DNA of 64,000 nucleotides from Gammaproteobacteria bacterium (GCA_026995045.1 JALWPK010000042.1:12733-76732), one strand, 5' to 3'; positions 44,921 through 54,397 are shown, counted from the stretch's first letter. Numbers and translations are program-made. The notes: a model not told the origin generated them from the letters alone.

Positions 44921-45130
44921 CTAATCATCAAGCAAACCTAACTGGTGTATAATGTACGTTGGACGTATTGCGAGTTCGCGCTCAACGTTTTCAGGACTTG
45001 TGTCGAGCAGCGGCGTAAAGTTTCGGTCCGCACTCATCAGAGTCATGAGAAGGCTAAGCTTAAAAACACTGTGCGGGAGGTCAAACTCGCATCGGGTCAC
45101 AGTGACGAGCGGAGTAGTAAGCATGGTCAT
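44921..45130 (-). CDS. Small hypothetical protein
   Basis: 69-aa ORF whose ATG overlaps the stop of 45127..45333 (ATGA). Confidence 0.4.
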   Translation of the reverse strand: MTMLTTPLVTVTRCEFDLPHSVFKLSLLMTLMSADRNFTPLLDTSPENVERELAIRPTYIIHQLGLLDD

Positions 45131-45333
45131 TGACTGTTTGCCGATTTGTGAATGCGGGCCATGGTTGCGTTGACGGCGTTTTCACGCTCACGAACCTGTC
45201 GCATAACTTTGTGGTTTCTGAACTTAATATAGCCGATAGGTTCTGCAAACGCGCGGGAGTACCGGAACAGCTTATACATATCATTGATCTGCTGTCTGCG
45301 CAAGTCCTTCATCCTGATAGCTTTGTGTGACAC
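45127..45333 (-). CDS. Small basic hypothetical protein
   Basis: 68-aa ORF, Lys/Arg-rich, coupled to the downstream small ORF. Confidence 0.4.
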   Translation of the reverse strand: MSHKAIRMKDLRRQQINDMYKLFRYSRAFAEPIGYIKFRNHKVMRQVRERENAVNATMARIHKSANSQ

Positions 45334-45356
45334 ACTCGTTCTCCGATAAAAATTGT

Positions 45357-46961
45357 CTAACCAACGTTACTACGAATTTTATCCCATGTCAAGTTTGGCT
45401 GCTCTGGCGGCGGGCCAAGTGCTGCGAATGTGAGGACCTTATAGGCTCTGACATAAAATGGGAATACCTGCTCAAGCGTTGCGTAGCCATTTATCTTTAG
45501 CACAATGTTATAGTGTCCGTCAAACACTGCATATGTATTGAGTTTAATGGCGATGTTATTCGTGGCTGGCGGCGGGCCAACAACGCTGTACCCTGTGAGC
45601 TTTGCAGACTTTGCTATGTCACGGATGTTCCCGAACACAGCATATCCAGTTGTCTTACGGAGGCGTGACTTATCTAACGGTTTCTCCAGCAGTACATACG
45701 CGGAAAGTTTGCGCGCCTTGTTTGGCGCTATGGCGTATTCCATAGCCACATATGCTGTCTGTTTATATACGTGATTCCATACAAAATTGTTCAGAGTGGC
45801 ATAGCTTGTGATCTTCTTGGCTGTCGTAACACGTTGCTTAGCGGTGGCATAGGATGTCAATTTCCTAGCGCGTAGGGCCTCAACCTTCATGACACCATAC
45901 GCCGCCAATTTCTTTGCTCTGACGTAGCTTGGAGGCGTCACAGCAGCATATGATGTTAGCTTGTGCGCATAAGTCGGCGGGTGCAGGTACAGTGCTGCAT
46001 ATGCTGTTTGTTTGCGCAGTTTCAAGTCGCCGTCGAAAAAAACCGCGGCGTATGACGTCTGCTTGTGTGTCTTTATCGTCAGCGCACGCGCAGCCACATA
46101 GGCGGCGACTTTTCGCAACTTCGCTGTTAAAGGCGTCGGAATGGCGGCGTAGGCGCTGGCCTTATGTAGACGCGCCAAGACTGGCTGAACAACTGTTGCG
46201 AATGCTGTTTGCTTGAACAGTTTAGCTGGAAATACCGGCGGCGGCTCTTGTAGCACAGTGTAGGCTGTGAGCTTGTGTGCGTGTATTCGCACGCGCGGCG
46301 CTGGATCATATATCACAGCATTAGCATGGGCCTTTACAGCCTGCGCAGCTTTATTCAGGCTTACGACGGCATTGGTGTGTGCCTTATTCGTCTCAACTAT
46401 GGGGCCATGATTCAGTACGAAATTCGCGTGTTGCTTTTGCGTATATACAAACGGGTCAGCAAACAGCGCATAGGATACCACCTTGTACGCCCTTGAGGCA
46501 TTATTGCGCTGTAGTGGCGCAAATGCAGACGCCTTATATGTCTTCAATCGCTGCTGCGGTTGCAGCGTTACTGTTGATGTCAGCTTGTGGGCTTTTGTGA
46601 ATTGCGGCTCTTGAACACCTGCGTAGCCTGTATGTTTTAGCAGTTTAGTCTTTGTGCCTGTAAACATGGCGGCATAGGCCGTCTGTTTATATGTGTAGGC
46701 ATTTGGCGGGCTCATAGTCCCATAGCCAGTGTGCTTGTAGAGCTTGTCTGACCCTTGCGGCTGATATATAACCGCGTTGAAAAACGTCTTGGCGACGTTT
46801 GTGAACGGAGGAACTATTACAGCATTTTCGTGCTCTTTGGCGGTGCTGACAGGTTGCGTTGGCGACAAAACAGCATTATATGTCACCTTAGCAGTCTGTC
46901 CCGCCTGCGCGGGTGCTATGGCGGCATTATAATGCTGCTTATGGGTTTCGTTGAGAGCCAA
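45357..46961 (-). CDS. Tandem-repeat protein (about 30 degenerate 14-20-aa repeats, core K-x-[TS]-[AG]-Y-A-x-hydrophobic)
   Basis: 534 aa. Repeats can be read directly in the translation: HKLTAYTVLQEP, FKQTAFATVVQP, HKASAYAAIPTP, RKVAAYVAARA, HKQTSYAAVFF, RKQTAYAALYL, HKLTSYAAVTPP, KKLAAYGVMK, RKLTSYATAK, KKITSYATLN, YKQTAYVAMEY, RKLSAYVLLEKP, RKTTGYAVFGN, AKLTGYSVVGPP, IKLNTYAVFDG, LKINGYATLEQ, YKVLTFAALGPP. N-terminal variants include HYNAAIAP and TYNAVLSP. Confidence 0.7.
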   Translation of the reverse strand: MALNETHKQHYNAAIAPAQAGQTAKVTYNAVLSPTQPVSTAKEHENAVIVPPFTNVAKTFFNAVIYQPQGSDKLYKHTGYGTMSPPNAYTYKQTAYAAMFTGTKTKLLKHTGYAGVQEPQFTKAHKLTSTVTLQPQQRLKTYKASAFAPLQRNNASRAYKVVSYALFADPFVYTQKQHANFVLNHGPIVETNKAHTNAVVSLNKAAQAVKAHANAVIYDPAPRVRIHAHKLTAYTVLQEPPPVFPAKLFKQTAFATVVQPVLARLHKASAYAAIPTPLTAKLRKVAAYVAARALTIKTHKQTSYAAVFFDGDLKLRKQTAYAALYLHPPTYAHKLTSYAAVTPPSYVRAKKLAAYGVMKVEALRARKLTSYATAKQRVTTAKKITSYATLNNFVWNHVYKQTAYVAMEYAIAPNKARKLSAYVLLEKPLDKSRLRKTTGYAVFGNIRDIAKSAKLTGYSVVGPPPATNNIAIKLNTYAVFDGHYNIVLKINGYATLEQVFPFYVRAYKVLTFAALGPPPEQPNLTWDKIRSNVG

Positions 46962-46973
46962 CGTGCGCCTCGC

Positions 46974-47975
46974 TTATACGGCTTTGACGCCGAACTCTGC
47001 TCCGTCGATTTCAGTGCGTGTCCACGGCTGTCCAGTGAACGGGCTTGTGGCCAGCAGCGTTGTATGCTGCTGCACCGAGTTGTCTTTTACGATTCCGAGG
47101 TTTGTTGTAACATGATCAGTAGCGCCGCTGCGAATCATGTGCTGTATATCGTTTACAGCAGACGACGGGCTTATTCGCGAAGTCGTTGTGATGGCCAACG
47201 CGTCAACCGCGTAGCCGACGTATGTGGCGCTTATGTTCGCGAAATTGGCGGTGAAGCGCGCGTTCAGCGTTTCAGTTGATACAAAATCGTTGATGTCCAA
47301 TCCGGGATTGTCATCAACGTCCAGATACGAACCTGTCCACTCGCTGTACGTTCCAGCAGCGTTCGGTTTACCAGTCGCTAACTTCTTCCCAATGGTTGAT
47401 ACAGTGTCATCGACAATGAGCTGTGAGTAGTACCAATTCTTCGCGTTTGATGAACTATGCGTAAGTCTGACTCCGTCGAACTGTGTATTCCCGGCGACCG
47501 TAGTGTCGCCAGTGAATGTGGCGCGCAATGAATCATCGACATACACTTTTATTGAACCTGTGACGCCTCTAACATACTCCAAATCTATTGTGTGTAATGT
47601 GCTCGACGACACGTCAAACGACGTGTTAGTTAGTACGGTCCCGTTTAGATGAAGTGCCATCGTTTGTGCCGCCCCGTTTGCGCCTGTAGTGCGAATCCCG
47701 GCGACGTTCACACCACCCGCTGAGTCATAGAAATTGATGACATTTGTCGCGATATTTGTAGAGCCGTTCATGTAAAGCGTACAGTGGAACCAGCATGTGT
47801 TCGTGGCGGGTGTTGTGAACTTCAGATAGTCGTCACGAAAGCTGTAGCTTCCCTGATATAGTGATGCGTAGCTCAGTGTTGTGTCAAACGTGCCGCTGAA
47901 CGTCCCCCACGATATAGGTGTGCCCGCAATTGGAGTAAACTCTTCGGGCTCTGATGCGGTTGCTATGATAGCCAT
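46974..47975 (-). CDS. Virion-associated paralog 3 of 3 (jelly-roll/lectin-like by composition; function unknown)
   Basis: 333 aa. It shares architecture and C-terminal motifs with 49030..50016 (SAVNDIQ..., ...TSPFTGQPWTRTEIDGAEFGVKAV versus ...TNPATGNPWTQAEVNALEIGVKSV). Confidence 0.6.
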   Translation of the reverse strand: MAIIATASEPEEFTPIAGTPISWGTFSGTFDTTLSYASLYQGSYSFRDDYLKFTTPATNTCWFHCTLYMNGSTNIATNVINFYDSAGGVNVAGIRTTGANGAAQTMALHLNGTVLTNTSFDVSSSTLHTIDLEYVRGVTGSIKVYVDDSLRATFTGDTTVAGNTQFDGVRLTHSSSNAKNWYYSQLIVDDTVSTIGKKLATGKPNAAGTYSEWTGSYLDVDDNPGLDINDFVSTETLNARFTANFANISATYVGYAVDALAITTTSRISPSSAVNDIQHMIRSGATDHVTTNLGIVKDNSVQQHTTLLATSPFTGQPWTRTEIDGAEFGVKAV

Positions 47976-49030
47976 TATGACTGCTCCAAAACGAATCCAA
48001 TCGACGCCTCTTCATCATTCGGATCAAGCGGCGTGTCTGTTATAAATTTAACGTGTGTAGGGCCTGTGTTGACTGTATATGTGTTAGACAAATCAGTGAG
48101 GTTCTCACCACGCGACTCCGTGAAGGCGACGGCTGATCTGGTATTCATGCCGCCGTAAAACACCGCATTCAATTGAGTTGCAACAACGCCGTTTGGTGTG
48201 GCGGTGTGCGGGAACTTGAATGTCTGTGCTGCGGCATCATAATGCGCTATTACCGAGCTCTCTGGTACAAGGTTGTGTGCCTCACGTCTATCGACAAACT
48301 CATTTGCGCCGTCCGACGGTGCCCAGTCGTCAACAAACGTGTCGCGCGCGCTGGGCCATACTGTGTACGCTTCGTAGTCGAACAACGGATCAAGTCCAAT
48401 GATCACATACTTGTACTTCATGTTCCGATACATGACACGCTGCGTGTCATGAAACAGCACTCTTTCAATCGCCGTTGTTAGCGGATATGTCGCACCGTGT
48501 GTGAGTGTCTGAAATACACCGTCTATGTATATTGCGAAATTCTGATGTGCAAAATGTATGTCGATGTCAAACACTGCTCCGATTGGTAGCGCAATCGGTT
48601 CGCTATACGGGCCTGCATATAATCTGTGCTCGATTATATTTGCATCTTCGTCAACAGTCTGCTCAATTCGTACAACGCTTTGGCCATTCGTATTGATAAA
48701 ATCCAACACTGTGCATATCGCCTGCGTGCCCGGCTCTGGGTAATAGTCAGCAGTGCCTCCAACGAACATCTTTGCATGTATCCATATATCGTCAGATGGC
48801 TGTGTTAGCGTCAACGCCGCGCCGGTCCGCGTAAGTGTACCCGGAACAGTCAAGTAATACTCGTTATTGTCCGCAGGCACTTGTGAGAACACCGGATATT
48901 TGTATATCTCAGGGTGCCGTAAACAGTCTGTGTCTCGGACAGTGTTCGTTATATAGTTGAATGTCGGCTCCAAGCACACGAAGTCCTGATATGACTCCAT
49001 GGCGTTACCGACGGCGACGACGCGCACCAT
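47975..49030 (-). CDS. Virion-associated paralog 2 of 3 (more divergent)
   Basis: 351 aa with TAATG junctions on both sides. Its length and layout are similar to the flanking paralogs. Confidence 0.55.
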   Translation of the reverse strand: MVRVVAVGNAMESYQDFVCLEPTFNYITNTVRDTDCLRHPEIYKYPVFSQVPADNNEYYLTVPGTLTRTGAALTLTQPSDDIWIHAKMFVGGTADYYPEPGTQAICTVLDFINTNGQSVVRIEQTVDEDANIIEHRLYAGPYSEPIALPIGAVFDIDIHFAHQNFAIYIDGVFQTLTHGATYPLTTAIERVLFHDTQRVMYRNMKYKYVIIGLDPLFDYEAYTVWPSARDTFVDDWAPSDGANEFVDRREAHNLVPESSVIAHYDAAAQTFKFPHTATPNGVVATQLNAVFYGGMNTRSAVAFTESRGENLTDLSNTYTVNTGPTHVKFITDTPLDPNDEEASIGFVLEQS

Positions 49031-50016
49031 TATACCGACTTAACGCCGATCTCCAGCGCGTTTACCTCTGCCTGTGTCCAAGGATTGCCTGTAGCGGGAT
49101 TCGTAGTGAAGACAGCCTGCTTAACCTGCTCTGAGCCGTCTTTTACCACATTCGCGGCTGCCGTTTGCGTTGTACCGTTGGTCTGCAATGCAAACTGGGT
49201 ATCGTTGACTGCGGAACCGGCGTCGTTGCTGAAAATACCTGTCGTCACAATGCTCTTCACATTGTAAGTGCTGAGACTAGCTGGGATGTCTGTTACATTC
49301 ATAGTCTCGATCTGGTTGAGACTGTTGGTCTCAATGAAGTCAGCGTTGTTATACGCCACTTCATCAACGGCGGTGTAGTCCCCAGTCCAAGCTCCGAAGG
49401 TTCCAGTCGCCACCGGTGCCAGCGTTGCGAGTTTCCAGTTCAGGAATGTTTCATCGCCGACGATGACCTGTGAGATCATCATGCGGTTCGTGCCACCGGC
49501 CAAGCCTACAAAGCGGACAACACCCATCGTCGCCGGTGTTGACGTGTCGGCGGCTGTGACGTTCAGCACATCGACATTGTTGCGCTTGATGTTGAATTCA
49601 CCGATTGTGGCACTCTGCACAATCTTCATATCTACCGTGATTGCGCCGTTAATAGCCATCGTAGCCGATGTTGTGCCGATGTCAACAAATGCCGTGCCGT
49701 TGAAGCGCTGCGCCGTCCAAGTTCCAGACGCATCCATTCTGATGCGGTACTGTACTTGCGTCTTGGCCTCGTTATAGATGTCGATGTAGTTGGCCAGCGC
49801 AACGCTTTCTTGATACAAGTTGAAATGTATATACAATGTAGACACGCCGCCAGTCTGATTGAGTGGCAACTCAAGCTCAGACGTTCCGGTTGTCACAATC
49901 ATAGCGCACCGACTTATTGCGGAGTCATAGTGCGCGACGTTGGTTGATACTGCATAGCTGTGGCCAGCAGGTAAATCGAAAGAGTCAGCTTCACCGCCGA
50001 CAGCGAAAACAGGCAT
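49030..50016 (-). CDS. Virion-associated paralog 1 of 3
   Basis: 328 aa; see 46974..47975 for the shared motifs. Confidence 0.6.
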   Translation of the reverse strand: MPVFAVGGEADSFDLPAGHSYAVSTNVAHYDSAISRCAMIVTTGTSELELPLNQTGGVSTLYIHFNLYQESVALANYIDIYNEAKTQVQYRIRMDASGTWTAQRFNGTAFVDIGTTSATMAINGAITVDMKIVQSATIGEFNIKRNNVDVLNVTAADTSTPATMGVVRFVGLAGGTNRMMISQVIVGDETFLNWKLATLAPVATGTFGAWTGDYTAVDEVAYNNADFIETNSLNQIETMNVTDIPASLSTYNVKSIVTTGIFSNDAGSAVNDTQFALQTNGTTQTAAANVVKDGSEQVKQAVFTTNPATGNPWTQAEVNALEIGVKSV

Positions 50017-50049
50017 CGGGATTCCTCATGGTTTTGTAGTGTTGTAATT

Positions 50050-50805
50050 TTACAACATAAACTGGCCAAAGTCAAGTCTTAGCTCTTTTGGCCATTCAAT
50101 TCTATAAAATGTATCGACTTGCTTGTCGATTGCCACGTCTAAGATGACAAACGGTAAGAAGTCCGGGTATCCTTTGTATCCTTCAAAGAATATCCCCGTG
50201 TCACGCACCTTCTCAAGATACGCATCGTTGACAGGTGTCAATGTCCTGAACCAGCCGCCTTCACGCCAATACTTCACATTTTCTTCGAGAAGCTTATCGG
50301 CGTAAGGGATCATCTTTGTGATAAAACAGGCTGCACGGCCCCTGTCCAGCACAAGTTTTGCTTTATCCGGCTCAGATGCTACGCTAACACCGTAGAACGG
50401 TAATGTGTTGTGGATAGATATTAGCTTATGTACTTCATCAAGCTCAAACAGCATAACGGGTTGACCGTTTTCGTCAACCTCAAAATGCTCTGCAAACAGG
50501 TTTCGCCTGTCACGCTCACCGTCTTTATTCGGTATCCACCACTTACGCGCAGCCCTATGTGCAAATTGGGGCTTGTCGCCTTTTTCCGCATACTCAGCCG
50601 ACACATGCAACATGTCCGGCGTGGGTGTGAAATACACGTCTTGACGTTTGTCAATCCGTGTTATTGTGCCCTCGCCAAACTCGCCCCATTCGTTATACAG
50701 GTTGATTTTACCTGCATTCGCTGAATACAAGTCTGCGACAGACATTGGCCCAAGGCGTGTGTCGAAAAGCTTTGTGTACGGTACTGTCTCAATCCAGTTG
50801 TTCAC
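50050..50805 (-). CDS. Hypothetical protein
   Basis: 251-aa ORF, Trp/Tyr/Phe-rich, no motif recognised. Confidence 0.55.
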   Translation of the reverse strand: MNNWIETVPYTKLFDTRLGPMSVADLYSANAGKINLYNEWGEFGEGTITRIDKRQDVYFTPTPDMLHVSAEYAEKGDKPQFAHRAARKWWIPNKDGERDRRNLFAEHFEVDENGQPVMLFELDEVHKLISIHNTLPFYGVSVASEPDKAKLVLDRGRAACFITKMIPYADKLLEENVKYWREGGWFRTLTPVNDAYLEKVRDTGIFFEGYKGYPDFLPFVILDVAIDKQVDTFYRIEWPKELRLDFGQFML

Positions 50806-50808
50806 TGC

Positions 50809-51567
50809 CTAAACCTTCGTTGCGAACAGCGTTATGCTGACATCTTCAAGCGTGGCGTCTTGCGCCGGTGATAATATTGTGAGCACGTCACCCGGAGCCC
50901 ACAACGATACAGCCGCCGCGTTGAATACGTGTGTACCCGACACGTTAAACTGTACTGTCCCGACAGTAGTCCCGTTCTTTTGAATTGTAAAGGTTGTTGC
51001 TGCCGTAGGGTTAATGCGTGCCGATGCGCGGCTCCCGCCGAAATTGATCTGCATCGTCAAGTTTTGCGTGATTGCCTGACGGTACACCTCTTTATTCGCT
51101 GGCGGCAAGCCCGATATGAATACAGATACATCATATGTAAGGCTTGGTGACGTTGACGTTACACCATATGAGCCAAGGATGTTTACGGCGGTGCCGTTGA
51201 TGTGTAGAAGTACGCTTGAACCCGGCGTCAGTGTTAGCAGTGTTGCGGCGTTTCCGCTGATTTTCACCGCAATATCTGCGGTGTTTGCGGCATCGCTCGA
51301 CACAGATACAAAACGCTTTGCAGGTTGCAGGATGGTTATCGAGCTTTCAAGCGTGAACACCCGTGCGGCTGTGACATTGATGCAGTCGAAATTGAAGTAC
51401 CTGTTCTGATCTGTTGCAGTAAGCGCAACGTCGCCACCGCTGAAGTCAATAACCTTGACATCCTGCGTGGCCCGCTCAAGACTTGCAAAAGCGTCGTTTA
51501 TTGACTGATCCCACTGCACCTGCGTGCGTGATGTTTCAGGTAAACTGAGGTATGGCGTGATGCCCAT
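50809..51567 (-). CDS. Fibre/spike-like protein (N-terminus resembles DUF2793-type GTA head-spike/tail-fibre proteins)
   Basis: 252 aa. The N-terminal TPYLSLPETSRTQVQWDQSINDAFASLE resembles the L.LP...Q...N.A...LD start of DUF2793 proteins, from memory only. It lies immediately downstream of the hub-like gene. Confidence 0.4.
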   Translation of the reverse strand: MGITPYLSLPETSRTQVQWDQSINDAFASLERATQDVKVIDFSGGDVALTATDQNRYFNFDCINVTAARVFTLESSITILQPAKRFVSVSSDAANTADIAVKISGNAATLLTLTPGSSVLLHINGTAVNILGSYGVTSTSPSLTYDVSVFISGLPPANKEVYRQAITQNLTMQINFGGSRASARINPTAATTFTIQKNGTTVGTVQFNVSGTHVFNAAAVSLWAPGDVLTILSPAQDATLEDVSITLFATKV

Positions 51568-51568
51568 T

Positions 51569-53494
51569 CTAAACTCCGAGTATCTGGCCTAGTTTAACCG
51601 CGCCGGGTAAATAAGGCTCGCCTCTAAAATTAATGGCATTGTTGAATGTTCCACCGCACGTTAATATGTGGCGGTTACACCCAAGTGCGACGATGATTTT
51701 ATCTCCAGCCGCCATAGGGAACGGTAAGCGTGAATCCAGCTCTATGCGCTTTGTTGTCGGGTCAAAGGCACGCGCCGAGCGTGTGAAACCGGCGTTTGCG
51801 CCGTCTACAAAATATATCTGACCAATATGCGTTACAGACGGTGGAATGACACCGCCTTCGACGAATACTTGATCTGTATATGGTGTGACAACGCTTGCGA
51901 CTGTTGTGTTGTAATACAGCGGCGTTGTCTCAGTAAGCCAAATATCGCTGAGCGTACCTTTATCGGATGGTGTAGCCAGTGTGACCGTCTGAGGGTCGCT
52001 TGGAGCAGCGAGAAGTGCGTTGTAAATATAGACTTCAACATCGCTCAGTGACACCGCTGTGCCTGCTGGGAACGTGTATGTTATCCTCAGACTTACAGGG
52101 TCATTGGTCATCTGGAATGACAAGCCGGAGGTTGTTGCTGTTGCGCTGGCGGTGGTCAAAACGTTGCCCAATTCGTCAAGCGTTTCCAGCGTGACGTTCA
52201 GCGCACCGCCTGTTATTGTGTTATAAAGTGTTGTAAAGTAGCACCCTGCACTAAGGCTGTTACACGCTAACGGCGGCAACAGCACAGTCTGACTTATTGT
52301 CATATCCTGCGCAGTTAGCACGCTTGACGAAACACTGTATTGTCCAGTGCCTCCGAGTGTAATACTCCAATCAGTCAAACCGTTCGGGTTTGTTGAGTTC
52401 AGGATGGCACCGTCTTTATAGAATGCTGCATTGGGGATGATCAACTGATCACGCCCTGCCTTTGAAGTAACACGCGCAAGTTTATTCCGCGTTGTTGGGA
52501 TGTCCGCAGAAGCTACAACGTTCAAAGTAGGCGTAACCGTAATGGCGGTGTTTGGCGGCACTGTTATGCGTACAACATAGGATGCGTCATTCGGTTGAAC
52601 ATAAGTTGCGATGTTGTGCTTACCGGCAACGGCGAAGTCATAGCTGATAAGCTGCGTGATATCCCCAGCGGTGTCTAGCGACTGTATTTCCAGAGTGACA
52701 CCACCCGCCGAGCAATCCACTTCAAAGAACAGTAAATCACCATCGACGGCTGCTGGCGGTCTCGTAACCGTCTGAGACAGCGTTGAAGGCGTGGCCTGCG
52801 CTGTGCGTGTAAATGACGGACTCACGCATGTCCATGTTGCCGGACAGCCTGTTGCGCAGCTCCCGCCAGCGCACCACCCGTCGAATGAATATGTAGGAAC
52901 CGCGCCAAGTGTTGTGGGTCTGTCATATGTCTGTTCACCGACGGTAAAGGTGCGCGGATATGCTATGAATGCGTCTGGGCGGAATGCCGGTAATACCGGC
53001 ACCCCGCACTTTGTCGAGCCTAAATTAGTACGGCACGTTCGGCTATATTTGGGAAGGTACTTATTGCTTAACCGCTTTCCCAAGCCGGAGACTGTGAGCG
53101 AAAGCTCTTTCGTGTCTTCGTTCAGTGACAAAGCAGTGATAAACCCGAAAAATACGTCAATCGCACCCATCGTTTGAGATAGATCAGCGTGATTAACGTA
53201 AAAGATGGAGACATTAGCATTCTTCAGTCCTTCCATGTCTGCTAGGGTTTTATTACCGAGTTTTATTTCGGTATTGTCATTCCTAAAATCCTTAGAGACG
53301 TGTATGGCACTGAGCACAAAAGAATCGGCGGCGCGGTATGTTTCGCCACCATATACGATGTCCTTATCATGCTCAGTGAGCAGGATTTCGGGCTTGCGTG
53401 CGTTTTTGTCAGGTGTTATCCTAACGCACACAGCGAGTGTTGTTACCTCCTGTTTAATGTGCGCAGCCATCGCTGCTGTAATATTTCGGGCCAT
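51569..53494 (-). CDS. Tail hub protein, GTA g13-like (DUF2163 N-terminus + BR0599-type C-terminus) with a large central insertion
   Basis: 641 aa. N-terminal: AAHIKQEVTTLAVCVRITP...LTEHDKDIVYGGETYRAA. C-terminal: LGCNRHILTCGGTFNNAINFRGEPYLPG. Both resemble the two conserved ends of GTA ORFg13-family proteins. Confidence 0.65.
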   Translation of the reverse strand: MARNITAAMAAHIKQEVTTLAVCVRITPDKNARKPEILLTEHDKDIVYGGETYRAADSFVLSAIHVSKDFRNDNTEIKLGNKTLADMEGLKNANVSIFYVNHADLSQTMGAIDVFFGFITALSLNEDTKELSLTVSGLGKRLSNKYLPKYSRTCRTNLGSTKCGVPVLPAFRPDAFIAYPRTFTVGEQTYDRPTTLGAVPTYSFDGWCAGGSCATGCPATWTCVSPSFTRTAQATPSTLSQTVTRPPAAVDGDLLFFEVDCSAGGVTLEIQSLDTAGDITQLISYDFAVAGKHNIATYVQPNDASYVVRITVPPNTAITVTPTLNVVASADIPTTRNKLARVTSKAGRDQLIIPNAAFYKDGAILNSTNPNGLTDWSITLGGTGQYSVSSSVLTAQDMTISQTVLLPPLACNSLSAGCYFTTLYNTITGGALNVTLETLDELGNVLTTASATATTSGLSFQMTNDPVSLRITYTFPAGTAVSLSDVEVYIYNALLAAPSDPQTVTLATPSDKGTLSDIWLTETTPLYYNTTVASVVTPYTDQVFVEGGVIPPSVTHIGQIYFVDGANAGFTRSARAFDPTTKRIELDSRLPFPMAAGDKIIVALGCNRHILTCGGTFNNAINFRGEPYLPGAVKLGQILGV

Positions 53495-53497
53495 TGT

Positions 53498-54103
53498 TTA
53501 TTGCCGAACTTCAATAATCGGAATACGTTGAGCTGTACCCAACTGGAATGCTTCAAGTGTAATGTCCAGATGATCAGTGTCAAAACGCGCCGGTATGTCG
53601 AACTCCACTGTACCAACGACAATTGCAGCGTTAAGTGTTGGCGCTGTTGTGAATGTGAACACGCCAGTATCGTAGTTTACTATGAAGTCAGTGTTCTCAA
53701 CAGCCGCCACACCGCCAACAGTGACGCCTGTTAGTGTGCCTTGCACTGGATGTGTTATTGTCCTGTCAATCGTAACCGCGTTGACTGTATATGTTTTAAT
53801 CAACTGGAAAGTTGTTAGCGCACCATCGCCTGTGCCGATGTTCTGGTTTGTGATCTTGTAATCTGACCAGTCCTTGAAGCGAAACACATTGGCTCTACCG
53901 CGTACTTTTCGGAAAAACGCAATCAGCGCCGCTAAATCCGCTTCATCTGTGATGCCCGTTGAGGCGTCAGCCTTTATTCGCGGATTTGCCCACACCGAAT
54001 TGCGCTGTTCAAAGCCTGACGCAGCCGTAAATACTTGGGTTCTGAACTCAGGGCCTACAGTTGACCCATATGCAATTCCTGTCGGAAACGTATCGAGCGG
54101 CAT
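53498..54103 (-). CDS. Distal tail protein, GTA g12-like (DUF2460 family)
   Basis: 201 aa. FPTGIAYGSTVGPEFRTQVFTAASGFEQRNSVWANPR...LIAFFRKVRGRANVFRFKDWSDY closely follows the DUF2460 consensus as I remember it. Confidence 0.7.
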   Translation of the reverse strand: MPLDTFPTGIAYGSTVGPEFRTQVFTAASGFEQRNSVWANPRIKADASTGITDEADLAALIAFFRKVRGRANVFRFKDWSDYKITNQNIGTGDGALTTFQLIKTYTVNAVTIDRTITHPVQGTLTGVTVGGVAAVENTDFIVNYDTGVFTFTTAPTLNAAIVVGTVEFDIPARFDTDHLDITLEAFQLGTAQRIPIIEVRQ

Positions 54104-54109
54104 TTTCTT

Positions 54110-54397
54110 CTACGGTTTGAACAGATTAACTTGAATAGCTGTAACAGCAATGCCGATTATAGCAGCAATAACGGTGCGTGTCAACCACGTAGCGTTTTTG
54201 TCCAGCCTTTCTAGATCATTAAGGCACTGCCGAATGCTTTCCTTTCGTACATAATCTCTGGTTAATGCTTGGTCAAGCCGCTCAAGCCTGTCCAAAAGTG
54301 CGTCGAGTTTAACACTCAAGCGTATCACAGTATTTGCGATGTCTCGCAAGTCGCTGTCGTTGCTGCTGCTGTTATCCATTATTAGTCCGATGTTCAA
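54110..54397 (-). CDS. Small coiled-coil protein with a C-terminal TM helix
   Basis: 95 aa. The C-terminal segment WLTRTVIAAIIGIAVTAIQVNLF is hydrophobic. ATGA overlap with mazG. Confidence 0.5.
   Translation of the reverse strand: MNIGLIMDNSSSNDSDLRDIANTVIRLSVKLDALLDRLERLDQALTRDYVRKESIRQCLNDLERLDKNATWLTRTVIAAIIGIAVTAIQVNLFKP

Noticed and set aside
50017-50052. Short inverted repeat tgttgtaa-tt-ttacaaca overlapping the stop of ORF 50050..50805. Possible terminator or operator.
   Set aside because: It is AT-rich, has a stem of only 6-8 bp with a minimal loop and no U-tract, and lies within a tightly packed operon. The evidence is insufficient.
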